Part shown: positions 53,705 to 62,495 of the stretch, in pieces
How the letters are laid out: every line of letters starts with the position of its first letter
Numbering within the stretch: the first letter of the stretch is position 1
DNA from: Candidatus Micrarchaeota archaeon
GTDB lineage: Archaea > Micrarchaeota > Micrarchaeia > Norongarragalinales > Norongarragalinaceae
Length of the DNA: 64,000 nucleotides
Direction of reading: 5' to 3'
Assembly: GCA_016207165.1 (NCBI GenBank)
Contig: JACQQD010000005.1
Span: 98,736-162,735, forward strand
Notes under the pieces: generated by a model
What the model saw: the letters and a program-made list of their open reading frames with translations, nothing else
Databases searched by the model: none
What the model was told of the DNA's origin: nothing
Made by a program: the position numbers and the translations under genes

Positions 53705-54704
53705 TTTTCTTCTCCTTCATCTGCTCCTGGGTTTTCTGCGTCACCAAAAAGAAGACGTCGTTAAACGACGGCTCCTGCACGTCCAAGAACTCGACGCTTT
53801 CCTTGGTGGTCTTCAAGAACGCGTACACGGCGGCAATGACTTTTCTCGGCTCTTTCGCCGAAATCAGGAGCCCCTTTGGGTCCTGCACCACCGAGGAAAC
53901 CAGTTGGCTTTGCTTTAACCGAGTGGCCAGGGTTTTCAACACCAACGGGTCGCCCGGCTTGGTGGTCACGCGAATCAACTCATCCGGCACGAATTGTTGG
54001 CGGAGCGCTTGGACGGATCCCAAGGCCTTGACTTGGCCCTCGTGCAAAATCGCCACGCGGTCGCACAAACTCTCGGCCTCGAACATGTAATGCGTGGTGA
54101 ACACCACCGTCGTTTTCGTCCGCTGTAACGCCTTGATCAAGTCCCAAATGCTTTGGCGGGTGGTGGGGTCCAAGCCCACCGTCGGCTCGTCGACCAACAA
54201 AATCGGCGGTTGCGCCAAAAGCGCGAGCCACAAATTCAACCGCCTTTTTTGGCCTCCGGACAATTGTTTGGCGTAATGGTTTTCAAATCCGGTCAACCCC
54301 ACGGCTTTTCCGATGATTTCGTCCTGGTCCGCGATGTCAGCTCCGCTAAGTCCCATGAGCTTGCCGAAGTAGTCCACGTTCTCGCGCACGGTCAACTCCT
54401 CGTAAAACGAGTCGTACTGCGTGGCAAACCCGATGTCAAGCCTCCCGCGGTTCGGCGGCTTTCCCAGGATGGACAATTCCCCGGATTGCATGGAGCGAAG
54501 CCCCGTACACAAGTTCAAGAACGTGGACTTGCCGCAACCCGACGGCCCAAGCAGTCCCAGAATCTCGTTTTGCTCGACGTCCAAGGAAAAATCGCGGAGA
54601 ACGCTTTGGTCCCGGAAGGAAAAACCGATTTGGTTCGCGGAAATCACGGGGGCCATGGCGCGTCCACCATTAGGAGGCGCGCCAATAAAAACCGGTTTTT
54701 TCAA
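53697..54704 (-). CDS. ABC transporter ATP-binding protein
   Basis: Walker A GPSGCGKST; signature LSGGQKRRL; Walker B ILLVDEPTVGLD; overlaps permease start by 8 nt. Confidence 0.85.
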   Translation of the reverse strand: MKKPVFIGAPPNGGRAMAPVISANQIGFSFRDQSVLRDFSLDVEQNEILGLLGPSGCGKSTFLNLCTGLRSMQSGELSILGKPPNRGRLDIGFATQYDSFYEELTVRENVDYFGKLMGLSGADIADQDEIIGKAVGLTGFENHYAKQLSGGQKRRLNLWLALLAQPPILLVDEPTVGLDPTTRQSIWDLIKALQRTKTTVVFTTHYMFEAESLCDRVAILHEGQVKALGSVQALRQQFVPDELIRVTTKPGDPLVLKTLATRLKQSQLVSSVVQDPKGLLISAKEPRKVIAAVYAFLKTTKESVEFLDVQEPSFNDVFFLVTQKTQEQMKEKKNG

Positions 54705-54715
54705 ACAAACCCATC

Positions 54716-55624
54716 ATGCGTCACGCCTTACTGTTCATTCTGGCCATTCTGGCCGTTTCGCTGTTCTTTTCCGGGTGCCTGGAAAACGTGCTCCGCCCCG
54801 AACCCCTCGACACTCCAAAGACCGCGTCCGCCCCCAATTCACTCGCGGCAAGCCCCTTGCATTCCCCAACGCCTGTACCCAGTCCCACTTCAACGCCCGC
54901 CGTGCCTTCGGCAACAACGCCCGCCATTTTAGAGCCCTTTACGCCTTCTCCAACCGCCGCACCTCCTATCCGAGTCACAACGCCTCTGGCGATCTCCCCG
55001 TCGCCTCCCGCATCACTTGGCGCGTCTGCGACTCCCGCGGCCCTCCGCTTGGCGTTGCCGGTTTCCGAAGTCGTGTTGAAGTCCGGCGACCGCGTGGAAC
55101 TTGACCACGGCGTGACCGTCGAACTGGTGTTGATCAACGTCTTGACCGTTGACGGCGTGACCCAGCGCTCCGTTTCCCTCTTGGAATACCCCACCGGTTC
55201 TCGCCCCCAAAGCCCCACGTCCGTTCACTTGCTTTCCGGCCAAACCCAAGACTTTTCCAGCACCCGTGTTGGAGTGCTTCGCATCAGCGACCAAAATGCG
55301 GCGTTGTCCATGTACGCCAAGCCAACGTTGACCCCTTCAGCCAGCCCGGTTCCCACGCCCCTATTCTTGGAAGCCATGGCCGCAGGCCAAACCGTGACGG
55401 CCCCCAACGGCTACGAAGTCACCTTGTCCTCCATTTACTTGAACCAAACCAACTCTACGGCTACTTTCCTGATTCATGATCAAGGAGGCCGGCTCCTGGA
55501 TTCGGCGGTCCTTTTCGAACACGGCTCCTACCAAAAAAACGACCTTAAAATCGATTTGGCGTTGATACTCAGCGGCTTGGGTCCCACGAACTTCGCGCAA
55601 GTCACCCTGACGAAAATCCCGTGA
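54716..55624 (+). CDS. secreted lipoprotein with Pro/Ser/Thr-rich linker (lipobox FFSGC)
   Basis: MRHALLFILAILAVSLFFSGC signal; PT-rich low-complexity region; divergent from ABC operon. Confidence 0.55.
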   Translation: MRHALLFILAILAVSLFFSGCLENVLRPEPLDTPKTASAPNSLAASPLHSPTPVPSPTSTPAVPSATTPAILEPFTPSPTAAPPIRVTTPLAISPSPPASLGASATPAALRLALPVSEVVLKSGDRVELDHGVTVELVLINVLTVDGVTQRSVSLLEYPTGSRPQSPTSVHLLSGQTQDFSSTRVGVLRISDQNAALSMYAKPTLTPSASPVPTPLFLEAMAAGQTVTAPNGYEVTLSSIYLNQTNSTATFLIHDQGGRLLDSAVLFEHGSYQKNDLKIDLALILSGLGPTNFAQVTLTKIP

Positions 55625-55683
55625 TGCGTTTCGCACTCGTGGACCAGGAACCCTTTTTATCCGCCTTTCCCCTTTGAATTTCC

Positions 55684-56253
55684 ATGCGCATCAACCCCTG
55701 GCACACGTTCTTCACTCTCTTGTTTTTCGCGCTTCTGTACTCGTTTGCCAACGCCCCCGAAGAACTCGCCGTCCTTTTGGTGGTGGCCTACCTCTTGGCA
55801 AGACTGACGTTTTTTCCCATCAAGCGCTTTTTCTTCAGGAAAGCCGTGGCCTTTGACATGGGAGGGGTGGTGACGAAAGGCGACTTTTACACCGAGGAAC
55901 TTGTGGAAATGGAGGGAACCCGCGACTTGGTCGAGCGCCTCAAAGTCGGCCACAAAGTGGCCTTGTTGACGAACAACAACGCCCTGGCTTTCGGGGCTTT
56001 TGACCGAAAATTCGGGTTGAGCCAGTTGTTTGACGTGGTCATCGTCTCCGGAAAAGAAGGCGCCAAGAAACCCGACGAAGCTTTGTTCAAGATCGCGTTG
56101 AGAAAACTCCACGTGCGCTCCCACGACTTGTACTTCTTGGATGACGCGCCGGCCAACGTGGAAGCCGCGAAAAAGCTGGGCATCCACGGCATCGTGTTTA
56201 AAGACGCCACACAAGCGGAAGCCGAACTCAAAAAGGCGGGCCTGAGGTTCTGA
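55684..56253 (+). CDS. HAD-superfamily hydrolase with N-terminal TM segment
   Basis: motif I AFDMGGVV; ...LTNNN...; motif ...KKPD...; motif IV YFLDDAPANVEAAKKLG. Confidence 0.65.
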   Translation: MRINPWHTFFTLLFFALLYSFANAPEELAVLLVVAYLLARLTFFPIKRFFFRKAVAFDMGGVVTKGDFYTEELVEMEGTRDLVERLKVGHKVALLTNNNALAFGAFDRKFGLSQLFDVVIVSGKEGAKKPDEALFKIALRKLHVRSHDLYFLDDAPANVEAAKKLGIHGIVFKDATQAEAELKKAGLRF

Positions 56254-56501
56254 CGTATGAACAAAAAAATCGAAATTCACTTGGTCCGATTGAAAATTCT
56301 CCAGGAGCAAACCGAAATGTTCCAAAAAGGCCAACGGTATCTTTCCGAGGAAGAGGCACTGGCTTGCTACCGCGAGGCCAAGCTTTAAAAACCGTTTTTG
56401 CCATTCAAGTTAACGCTTCTTTTGCATTCCGATGCAAACCGATGGGGAGAAGGATCCGGTTCAACGCTGGATAGAGAACCATCATTCACGTGATTTCAAT
56501 T

Positions 56502-56807
56502 ATGGACATCGATCGATCCATTCGCTTGGCCGTGGACTCCGGAAAGGTTACCCTCGGCAGCCAAAAAAGCATCAAGCATGCGCTCAACGGCGACGCGAAG
56601 CTGTTGGTGTTGGCGGAAAACTGCCCGGAAACGGTAGCGGACGACGTCAAAGAGTACTGCAAGCTGTCGGAAATCCGCGTGGTGCGGTTTCCCGGCACCA
56701 GCGTCAAATTGGGCACGGTGTGCGGCAAACCGTTCCCCGTGAGCGTGTTGAGCGTGATTGAGGAAGGGGATTCCGACATTTTGAACGTGGAATCTCCAGA
56801 GGGTTAA
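56502..56807 (+). CDS. rpl30e: 50S ribosomal protein eL30 (L30e)
   Basis: MDIDRSIRLAVDSGKVTLGSQKSIKHALNGDAKLLVLAENCPETV...; L7Ae/L30e fold; position before nusA-S12-S7. Confidence 0.85.
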   Translation: MDIDRSIRLAVDSGKVTLGSQKSIKHALNGDAKLLVLAENCPETVADDVKEYCKLSEIRVVRFPGTSVKLGTVCGKPFPVSVLSVIEEGDSDILNVESPEG

Positions 56808-56811
56808 CGCA

Positions 56812-57225
56812 ATGCGCACGCTTTCGACAGCCGACTTCCAGTTGCTGAACCTGTTGGAGGACAAGACCGGTGTGAGGGCTTTGGACGTGTTCCAAGCCGA
56901 ATCCGCTTTGGTTTTCGTCGTTCCGTCCGGCAGCGCCGGAAAAGTGTTGGGCAAGCAGGGGTCCAACCGGCTTCGCTTGGAGCGCTTCGTGGGAAAATCC
57001 GTGGACGTGGTGGAACAGTCCGAAACCCTGGAGGGGTTTGCGAGAAACTGCTTCCGCCCCGCGGAAATTCGGCAAGTGGATGTGAAGGAACAAGGAAAAA
57101 AAGTCATCGTGAAAGTGGACGCTTCGCAGCGGGGGTTGGCCATTGGCCGAAGCGGTGAGCGCATCAAGCGCGCCCGCCTGCTGTTGAAGCGGTACTTTGA
57201 CGTCGACGACGTAAAACTGGTGTGA
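56812..57225 (+). CDS. nusA: archaeal NusA-like transcription termination factor (KH domains)
   Basis: 137 aa; ...GKVLGKQGSNRLRLERFVGK...; ...LAIGRSGERIKRARLLLKRYF... Confidence 0.8.
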   Translation: MRTLSTADFQLLNLLEDKTGVRALDVFQAESALVFVVPSGSAGKVLGKQGSNRLRLERFVGKSVDVVEQSETLEGFARNCFRPAEIRQVDVKEQGKKVIVKVDASQRGLAIGRSGERIKRARLLLKRYFDVDDVKLV

Positions 57226-57231
57226 ACATAT

Positions 57232-57660
57232 ATGGCTCGAGGAGAATTCGCTTCAAGAAAACTCAAGAAAGACCGCAAACGCCACCGACGGCTTGAAAAA
57301 GCGTGGAAGCGGCGCGCGTACGGCATCAAGGACCGCTACGACCCGTTGGAAGGCGCGCCCCAAGCCAGGGGCTTGGTCATCAAAAAGGAAGGCAAGGAAC
57401 AGAAACAGCCTCACTCCGGCATCGTCAAGTGCGTTCGCGTGCAGCTCGCCAAAAACGGCCGGAAAGTCTCGGCGCACGTGCCCCGCGACAAGGCCATCAC
57501 CAAGATTGACGAGCACGACGAAGTCGTCATCGAAGGACTTGGGGGAAGCCAGCGCGGCCAAATGGGTTCGATTCCCGGCGTGCGTTTCCGCGTCGTGTCG
57601 GTCAACGGCGTGTCGCTGGAAGAACTGCGTACTGGCCGAAAGGAGAAGCCGAAGAGGTAG
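57232..57660 (+). CDS. rps12: 30S ribosomal protein uS12 (S12)
   Basis: 142 aa, ...PHSGIVKCVRVQLAKNGRKVSAHVP... Confidence 0.93.
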   Translation: MARGEFASRKLKKDRKRHRRLEKAWKRRAYGIKDRYDPLEGAPQARGLVIKKEGKEQKQPHSGIVKCVRVQLAKNGRKVSAHVPRDKAITKIDEHDEVVIEGLGGSQRGQMGSIPGVRFRVVSVNGVSLEELRTGRKEKPKR

Positions 57661-57666
57661 ACGTTC

Positions 57667-58272
57667 ATGGAATTGAAATTGTTCGGAAAATACGCGTACG
57701 ACGGCGTGACGGTGAAAGACCGAAGCATGCAGCGCTATTTGAGCCTCAAGCCCGTGGTTTTGCCGCATACGTTTGCAAGGCACGCCAACCAGCCGTTCGC
57801 CAAGGCGCAAGTCAACATCGTCGAACGCTTGGCCAACAAGCTCATGCGCGGCGGAACCGGCGAAAAGATTTCCGGCAAGATTATCCGCACGCACGGAAAA
57901 CTCCAAGGCAAGAAAACCAAGGTCATCAAGGCCATTGAAACCGCGTTTGACGCCATCGCCAAGAAAACCGGCAAGAACCCCATCCAAGTCTTGGTGGACG
58001 CATTGGAAAACGTCGCGCCCCGGGAAGACATCACCCGCGTGCGCTTCGGCGGCGTGGCCTACCAAGTGGCTGTCGACATTTCCGCGCAACGCCGCCTGGA
58101 TTTGGCTCTGCACAATTTGGCCATTGCCGCGGTCTTGGCTTCGTTTGACAAAAAAGACACGTTGAGCGACGCGTTGACCAACGAAATCATTCTGGCTTCG
58201 CAGAACAACCCCGACAGCTACTCCGTCAAGCGCAAAAACGAAATCGAGCGCATGGCGCGCAGTGCCAGGTAG
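57667..58272 (+). CDS. rps7: 30S ribosomal protein uS7 (S7)
   Basis: 201 aa, ...VNIVERLANKLMRGG... Confidence 0.93.
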   Translation: MELKLFGKYAYDGVTVKDRSMQRYLSLKPVVLPHTFARHANQPFAKAQVNIVERLANKLMRGGTGEKISGKIIRTHGKLQGKKTKVIKAIETAFDAIAKKTGKNPIQVLVDALENVAPREDITRVRFGGVAYQVAVDISAQRRLDLALHNLAIAAVLASFDKKDTLSDALTNEIILASQNNPDSYSVKRKNEIERMARSAR

Positions 58273-58279
58273 TCAAGCC

Positions 58280-58474
58280 ATGCCTAAGAAACGCCTTCAC
58301 CTCTCCTCCACGGACAAGACGTTTCTTGGAGTGTGCGGTGGCCTGGCCGAATACTTGAATGCAGATCCCACCGTCGTCCGGCTGGTCTGGGTTATCGTGA
58401 CGTTGTTTACCGGCATCGTGCCCGGCATCCTGGCGTACTTTTTGGCTTGGGCCGTGATGCCTAAGAAGGGTTGA
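58280..58474 (+). CDS. PspC-domain small membrane protein inserted between rps7 and fusA
   Basis: MPKKRLHLSSTDKTFLGVCGGLAEYLNADPTVVRLVWVIVTLFTGIVPGILAYFLAWAVMP matches PspC pattern (KrL.RS..dK.i.GVCgGlAeY...dp..vRl). Confidence 0.65.
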   Translation: MPKKRLHLSSTDKTFLGVCGGLAEYLNADPTVVRLVWVIVTLFTGIVPGILAYFLAWAVMPKKG

Positions 58475-58483
58475 TGGGTATAT

Positions 58484-60673
58484 ATGGCTCGGAAAGAAGT
58501 CGTCGTGGAAGAAGTCGCCCGTCTCATGAGCAACCCCAAGAACATCCGCAACATGGGCATCGTGGCGCACGTGGACCACGGCAAGACGACTTTAAGCGAT
58601 TCGTTGGTTGCGCGGGCAGGACTGATTTCCAAGGAATTGGCTGGCGAGCAGCGCGTGCTGGATTTTGATCCCCAGGAACAAGCCCGCGGCATCACGATTA
58701 AGGCCGCCAACATTTCCCTGGGGTTCACCCACGTCGACGGCCAGGAATACTTGATCAACCTCATCGACACCCCGGGCCACGTGGATTTCGGCGGCCACGT
58801 CACGCGCGCCATGCGGGCCGTGGACGGAGCGGTGGTCGTTGTCGACTCCGTGGAAGGCATCATGCCGCAAACCGAGACGGTACTGCGCCAAGCGCTGAAA
58901 GAAAAAGTGCGGCCCGTTTTGTTCATCAACAAGATTGACCGCCTCATGAACGAACTCAAGCTGGATGCCAAAGGCATGCAAGACAAGTTTTTGAAAGTCA
59001 TGATGGGCGTCAACAAGCTCATCGAACAGTACGGCCCCGAGGAATTCAAGAAGGACTGGATGATTGAAGTCCAGAAAGGAAACGTGGCGTTCGGCTCCGG
59101 TTTTCACAAGTGGGCCCTCTCCGCGGGCACCATGAAGAAATTCGGCATCAGCTTTAAAGACATGTACGACTTGTGCGTCGCCGAAAACCACAAGGAACTC
59201 CAAACCAAGGCGCCCTTGGACGAAGTCATTTTGGGCATGGTCGTGGAACATCTTCCCTCCCCTGACCAAGCGCAAAAATACCGCATTCCCGTCATCTGGC
59301 ACGGCGACAAAGAAAGCGTTCACGGCAAAGCCATGCTGACGTGTGACCCGCAGGGCCCAGCCACGTTCATGATTACCGCCATCCAAGTGGACCCGCACGC
59401 CGGCGACGTCGCCGTGGGCCGCATCTACTCCGGCAAGCTCAAGAAAGGCTCGGAACTGTATTTGGCCTCCCAGTTCAAGTCGGAAAAAATCCAGGGCGTC
59501 GCCATCTACATGGGTCCCGACCGCGTGCTGGTCAATGAAGCCATGCCCGGAAACATCGTGGCCCTGGTCGGCCTCAAGGAGCAATACGCCGGTGAAACCC
59601 TTTCCGAAGGCGAGATGACGGCATTCGAGCAAATCAAGCACCATTCTGAGCCGGTGGTCACCAAGAGCATCGAAGCCAAGAACCCCCGAGACTTGGCCAA
59701 ACTCGTCGACGTGTTGCGCAAAATCGGTAAAGAGGATCCCACCCTTCGGGTGGAAATCAACCACGAGACCGGCGAGCACCTCATGTCCGGCATGGGCGAA
59801 TTGCATTTGGAAATCATCGAGTACAAGATCAAAAACGAGCGGGGCGTCGACATCACCACCTCGCCGCCCATCGTCGTGTACCACGAGACGATTGTCAGCG
59901 AAGGGCCGGAACTGGAAGGAAAATCGCCCAACAAGCACAACAAGTTCAAGTTGTACGTACAGCCCCTGGAGAAAAGCGTCCAGGAGGCCTTCGTGGAAGG
60001 CAAGATCACCGCCTCCATGAAAGGAAAGGACTTGGCGGACCGCCTCATCGAAGCCGGCCTTCCCCGCGACGAAGCCAAAAAGGTGCTGAAGATCTCCGGC
60101 GAAAACATTTTCATCGACGCCACCAAAGGCGTCCAGTACCTCCAGGACATCCGCGAACTCGTGGTGGAAGCCTTCGAGCAAGCCATGAAAAGCGGCCCGC
60201 TGGCCAAGGAAAATTGCGTCGGCGTCAAGGTATTGTTGACGGACGCCAACATCCACGTCGACCCCGCCCACCGCGGACCCGCGCAAATCATTCCCGCCAT
60301 CCGCCGGCCGATTTACGCCTCCATGCTGCACGCCGGCTGCGTCCTACAGGAACCCAAGCAGAAGCTCTTCGTCAGTACTCCGACCGATTACATGAGCGGC
60401 ATCATCAACTTGATTCAAGGCCGCCGAGGCCAAGTGTTGAACATGACTCAAGAGGGAGAAGCCATGCAGATCGACTCGAAAGTGCCTGTTTCAGCCATGT
60501 TCGGCTTCGCCTCCGAAATCCGGGGCGCCTCCCAAGGCCGGGCCGCGTGGTACTACGAGTACGCGGGCTACGAGCAGTTGCCCAAGTCGCTTCAAAACCA
60601 AGTCATCACGGAAATCAGGAAGCGCAAGGGCGAGCCGGAGACGCCGCCGACGGCCAGAGACTTCGTGGACTGA
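58484..60673 (+). CDS. fusA: elongation factor 2 (aEF-2)
   Basis: 729 aa; ...NMGIVAHVDHGKTTLSDSL...; diphthamide-loop region present. Confidence 0.95.
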   Translation: MARKEVVVEEVARLMSNPKNIRNMGIVAHVDHGKTTLSDSLVARAGLISKELAGEQRVLDFDPQEQARGITIKAANISLGFTHVDGQEYLINLIDTPGHVDFGGHVTRAMRAVDGAVVVVDSVEGIMPQTETVLRQALKEKVRPVLFINKIDRLMNELKLDAKGMQDKFLKVMMGVNKLIEQYGPEEFKKDWMIEVQKGNVAFGSGFHKWALSAGTMKKFGISFKDMYDLCVAENHKELQTKAPLDEVILGMVVEHLPSPDQAQKYRIPVIWHGDKESVHGKAMLTCDPQGPATFMITAIQVDPHAGDVAVGRIYSGKLKKGSELYLASQFKSEKIQGVAIYMGPDRVLVNEAMPGNIVALVGLKEQYAGETLSEGEMTAFEQIKHHSEPVVTKSIEAKNPRDLAKLVDVLRKIGKEDPTLRVEINHETGEHLMSGMGELHLEIIEYKIKNERGVDITTSPPIVVYHETIVSEGPELEGKSPNKHNKFKLYVQPLEKSVQEAFVEGKITASMKGKDLADRLIEAGLPRDEAKKVLKISGENIFIDATKGVQYLQDIRELVVEAFEQAMKSGPLAKENCVGVKVLLTDANIHVDPAHRGPAQIIPAIRRPIYASMLHAGCVLQEPKQKLFVSTPTDYMSGIINLIQGRRGQVLNMTQEGEAMQIDSKVPVSAMFGFASEIRGASQGRAAWYYEYAGYEQLPKSLQNQVITEIRKRKGEPETPPTARDFVD

Positions 60674-60679
60674 AAAGGG

Positions 60680-60707
60680 TTTTTTCCTTTTCGGTTTCTT
60701 TTTTTCA
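60680..60707. terminator. bidirectional T-rich terminator (GGGTTTTTTCCTTTTCGGTTTCTTTTTTT) between fusA (+) and a convergent hypothetical gene (-)
   Basis: poly-T tracts typical of archaeal intrinsic termination. Confidence 0.5.
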
Positions 60708-60734
60708 ATTCGTCCTGTGCAACGCCTTTGCCGC

Positions 60735-61586
60735 TTAAAACCCGCGGGTTCTCACTTCCGAGGCAATGACTCCCAGTTCCCAAGACGGCCCAAAACTGCA
60801 CATGACGTCCCGCGCTTTTTCTCCTCGGTCGCGCGCAATGAGGTGGATGCCGCTTTCGCTGCGGAACAACTCGCGGGCGTCGTCGTCTTCCAAGTCAACG
60901 CGTTGGCCTTGGGGAATGCCGAAGCGCGCGTCCGGCAAAAACCAGCGGTTTTCCGGCGGAACATTTTTTCCAGGGTTGTCCAAACCCAGGGACGGAAAAT
61001 CGTAGACGCACTTGACGTTCGTTTCGTCGGATACCGCGACGTAGACGGTGTTGCCGCGGCCGGAAGCCATTGCGAAAAAAGGTTTTCCTTGTTCGTCAAA
61101 GCCGTGTTCCAACACGAGTACGGCATTTCGTTCGTTGCGGAATGCTTCAGGCACAGGGAACTTGTACGTCGTGCCGGTCTCCGGGTCTTTGAAGGCCACG
61201 AAGCGTCCGCCTTCTTTCTTGTTGGCTTCCACGAACGATTTTCCGGGCTTGACGTACGCCACCAGCGTTCCGGTCCACACCGGAAACACGTTCTTGAGGG
61301 GATCCTGCGTGGCCGTGTCCGAACTCAACACGTGCCGGGGTTTGTCGCGTTTGGGCGGGTACTGCCACAAGTCCTCCAACAATTCGTCGACGTGCTTGTT
61401 GGAAAAAAGCGTGTACCCCATTTGGTTGGCCCTGAACAGGGCTTCTTCCATGGATAGCCTCTTTTGGCGCGCCATGGCGAACACCGTCGGCTCAAGTGCA
61501 GGCTTTTTTGGCGTTTCGCCGAGGACCTCTTTTTTGAACCAATCCGCGATTTTTTCCATGGCCTGCTTTTCCCAACGAATTTCCAT
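60735..61586 (-). CDS. hypothetical protein (~283 aa) inserted between fusA and tuf
   Basis: ORF only; divergent from 61656 ORF with shared TATA-containing spacer (ggctttaaacg). Confidence 0.45.
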   Translation of the reverse strand: MEIRWEKQAMEKIADWFKKEVLGETPKKPALEPTVFAMARQKRLSMEEALFRANQMGYTLFSNKHVDELLEDLWQYPPKRDKPRHVLSSDTATQDPLKNVFPVWTGTLVAYVKPGKSFVEANKKEGGRFVAFKDPETGTTYKFPVPEAFRNERNAVLVLEHGFDEQGKPFFAMASGRGNTVYVAVSDETNVKCVYDFPSLGLDNPGKNVPPENRWFLPDARFGIPQGQRVDLEDDDARELFRSESGIHLIARDRGEKARDVMCSFGPSWELGVIASEVRTRGF

Positions 61587-61655
61587 GACGCCCTGCACCT
61601 ACTTAAGCCCGCGTTTGCGAAGGCTTTAAACGAAGTTTCGCCGTTGTCTTTCCGT

Positions 61656-62351
61656 ATGGACCATCTTGCTTCCTCCATCCGCGGCAAACTTTCAGACCTC
61701 GGCTTGTTCCGATCCCCCAATTCCAGCAATCCAGCGCGCGGCGGCACGCTGGCGCTTCTTTCCAAGCATCACTTGGCCATCCAGGAAGCCGGTGGCCCCT
61801 TTCAGTTGAACAACGACTTGCGCCGCAACTTGCGGGACCGCGGCGTGGTACTCACTGAAGAAAGCGGTCAGACTTACTTGTACTTGCACGGGCTATCCCT
61901 CTTGAAGGGAGCGTCTTTCAAGGAGGCGAGAACCGATTTTCTTTCAAACGCGTTGAGGCTGAAGGAACTGTTGGCCGCGTCCGGCCTAGAAGCGCACGTG
62001 CACGCGTCGACGTACCGCACCACGGAAGAAAACGAGTTGTCCTCGTTGATGGGACGCCACTTCGACGGCTTCTGGAAGGCGTTGACCCGGTACGCCCGCC
62101 ATTTCACCGGAGTGCACTCTCTGGTCTTGCGCGTCCAAGTCCCCTCCGAATCGGCCCCGGCCTTAGAGCAGGCCCTCCGAAGCTGGAGGGACACCGCGTC
62201 GCTTAAAAACCGTCAACGCGACCTGGGCCTCCACACGCTCTTGTCGTGCCTGGTTTCCACGCCCACGCGTGTGTCCGAGCGCCGCGGAGACGTTCACGTG
62301 CAAGTCACGCCGCGCCGGAGGCGTTTTCGGCGAAGGGGCGCGTCCGCCTAG
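61656..62351 (+). CDS. hypothetical protein (~231 aa), Arg-rich C-terminus
   Basis: ORF only; track ORF from 61464 overlaps the opposite gene, so internal ATG 61656 preferred. Confidence 0.4.
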   Translation: MDHLASSIRGKLSDLGLFRSPNSSNPARGGTLALLSKHHLAIQEAGGPFQLNNDLRRNLRDRGVVLTEESGQTYLYLHGLSLLKGASFKEARTDFLSNALRLKELLAASGLEAHVHASTYRTTEENELSSLMGRHFDGFWKALTRYARHFTGVHSLVLRVQVPSESAPALEQALRSWRDTASLKNRQRDLGLHTLLSCLVSTPTRVSERRGDVHVQVTPRRRRFRRRGASA

Positions 62352-62495
62352 GAAAACCTTTAAAAGAGGTTGAAACACCACTTTAGATACGTCAGCTGAC
62401 AGGCTTACCATGGCTGCTTTTGCGTGGATTTGAACCGCTTTTCAGGCGCTTAATTCCGCGGTTGGAAACAATTTGTTTAAATGGAGGAATGAAGA

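Noticed and set aside
61464-61655. Upstream 64 codons of the 61464..62351 track ORF
   Set aside because: Overlap the convergent/divergent 60735..61598 gene; internal ATG at 61656 preceded by a TATA-like box is a more parsimonious start
62400-62470. tRNA-like T-arm resemblance (GGTTCAAATCC on the minus strand) upstream of tuf
   Set aside because: Flanking sequence cannot form T-stem or acceptor stem; likely chance similarity within the tuf promoter region
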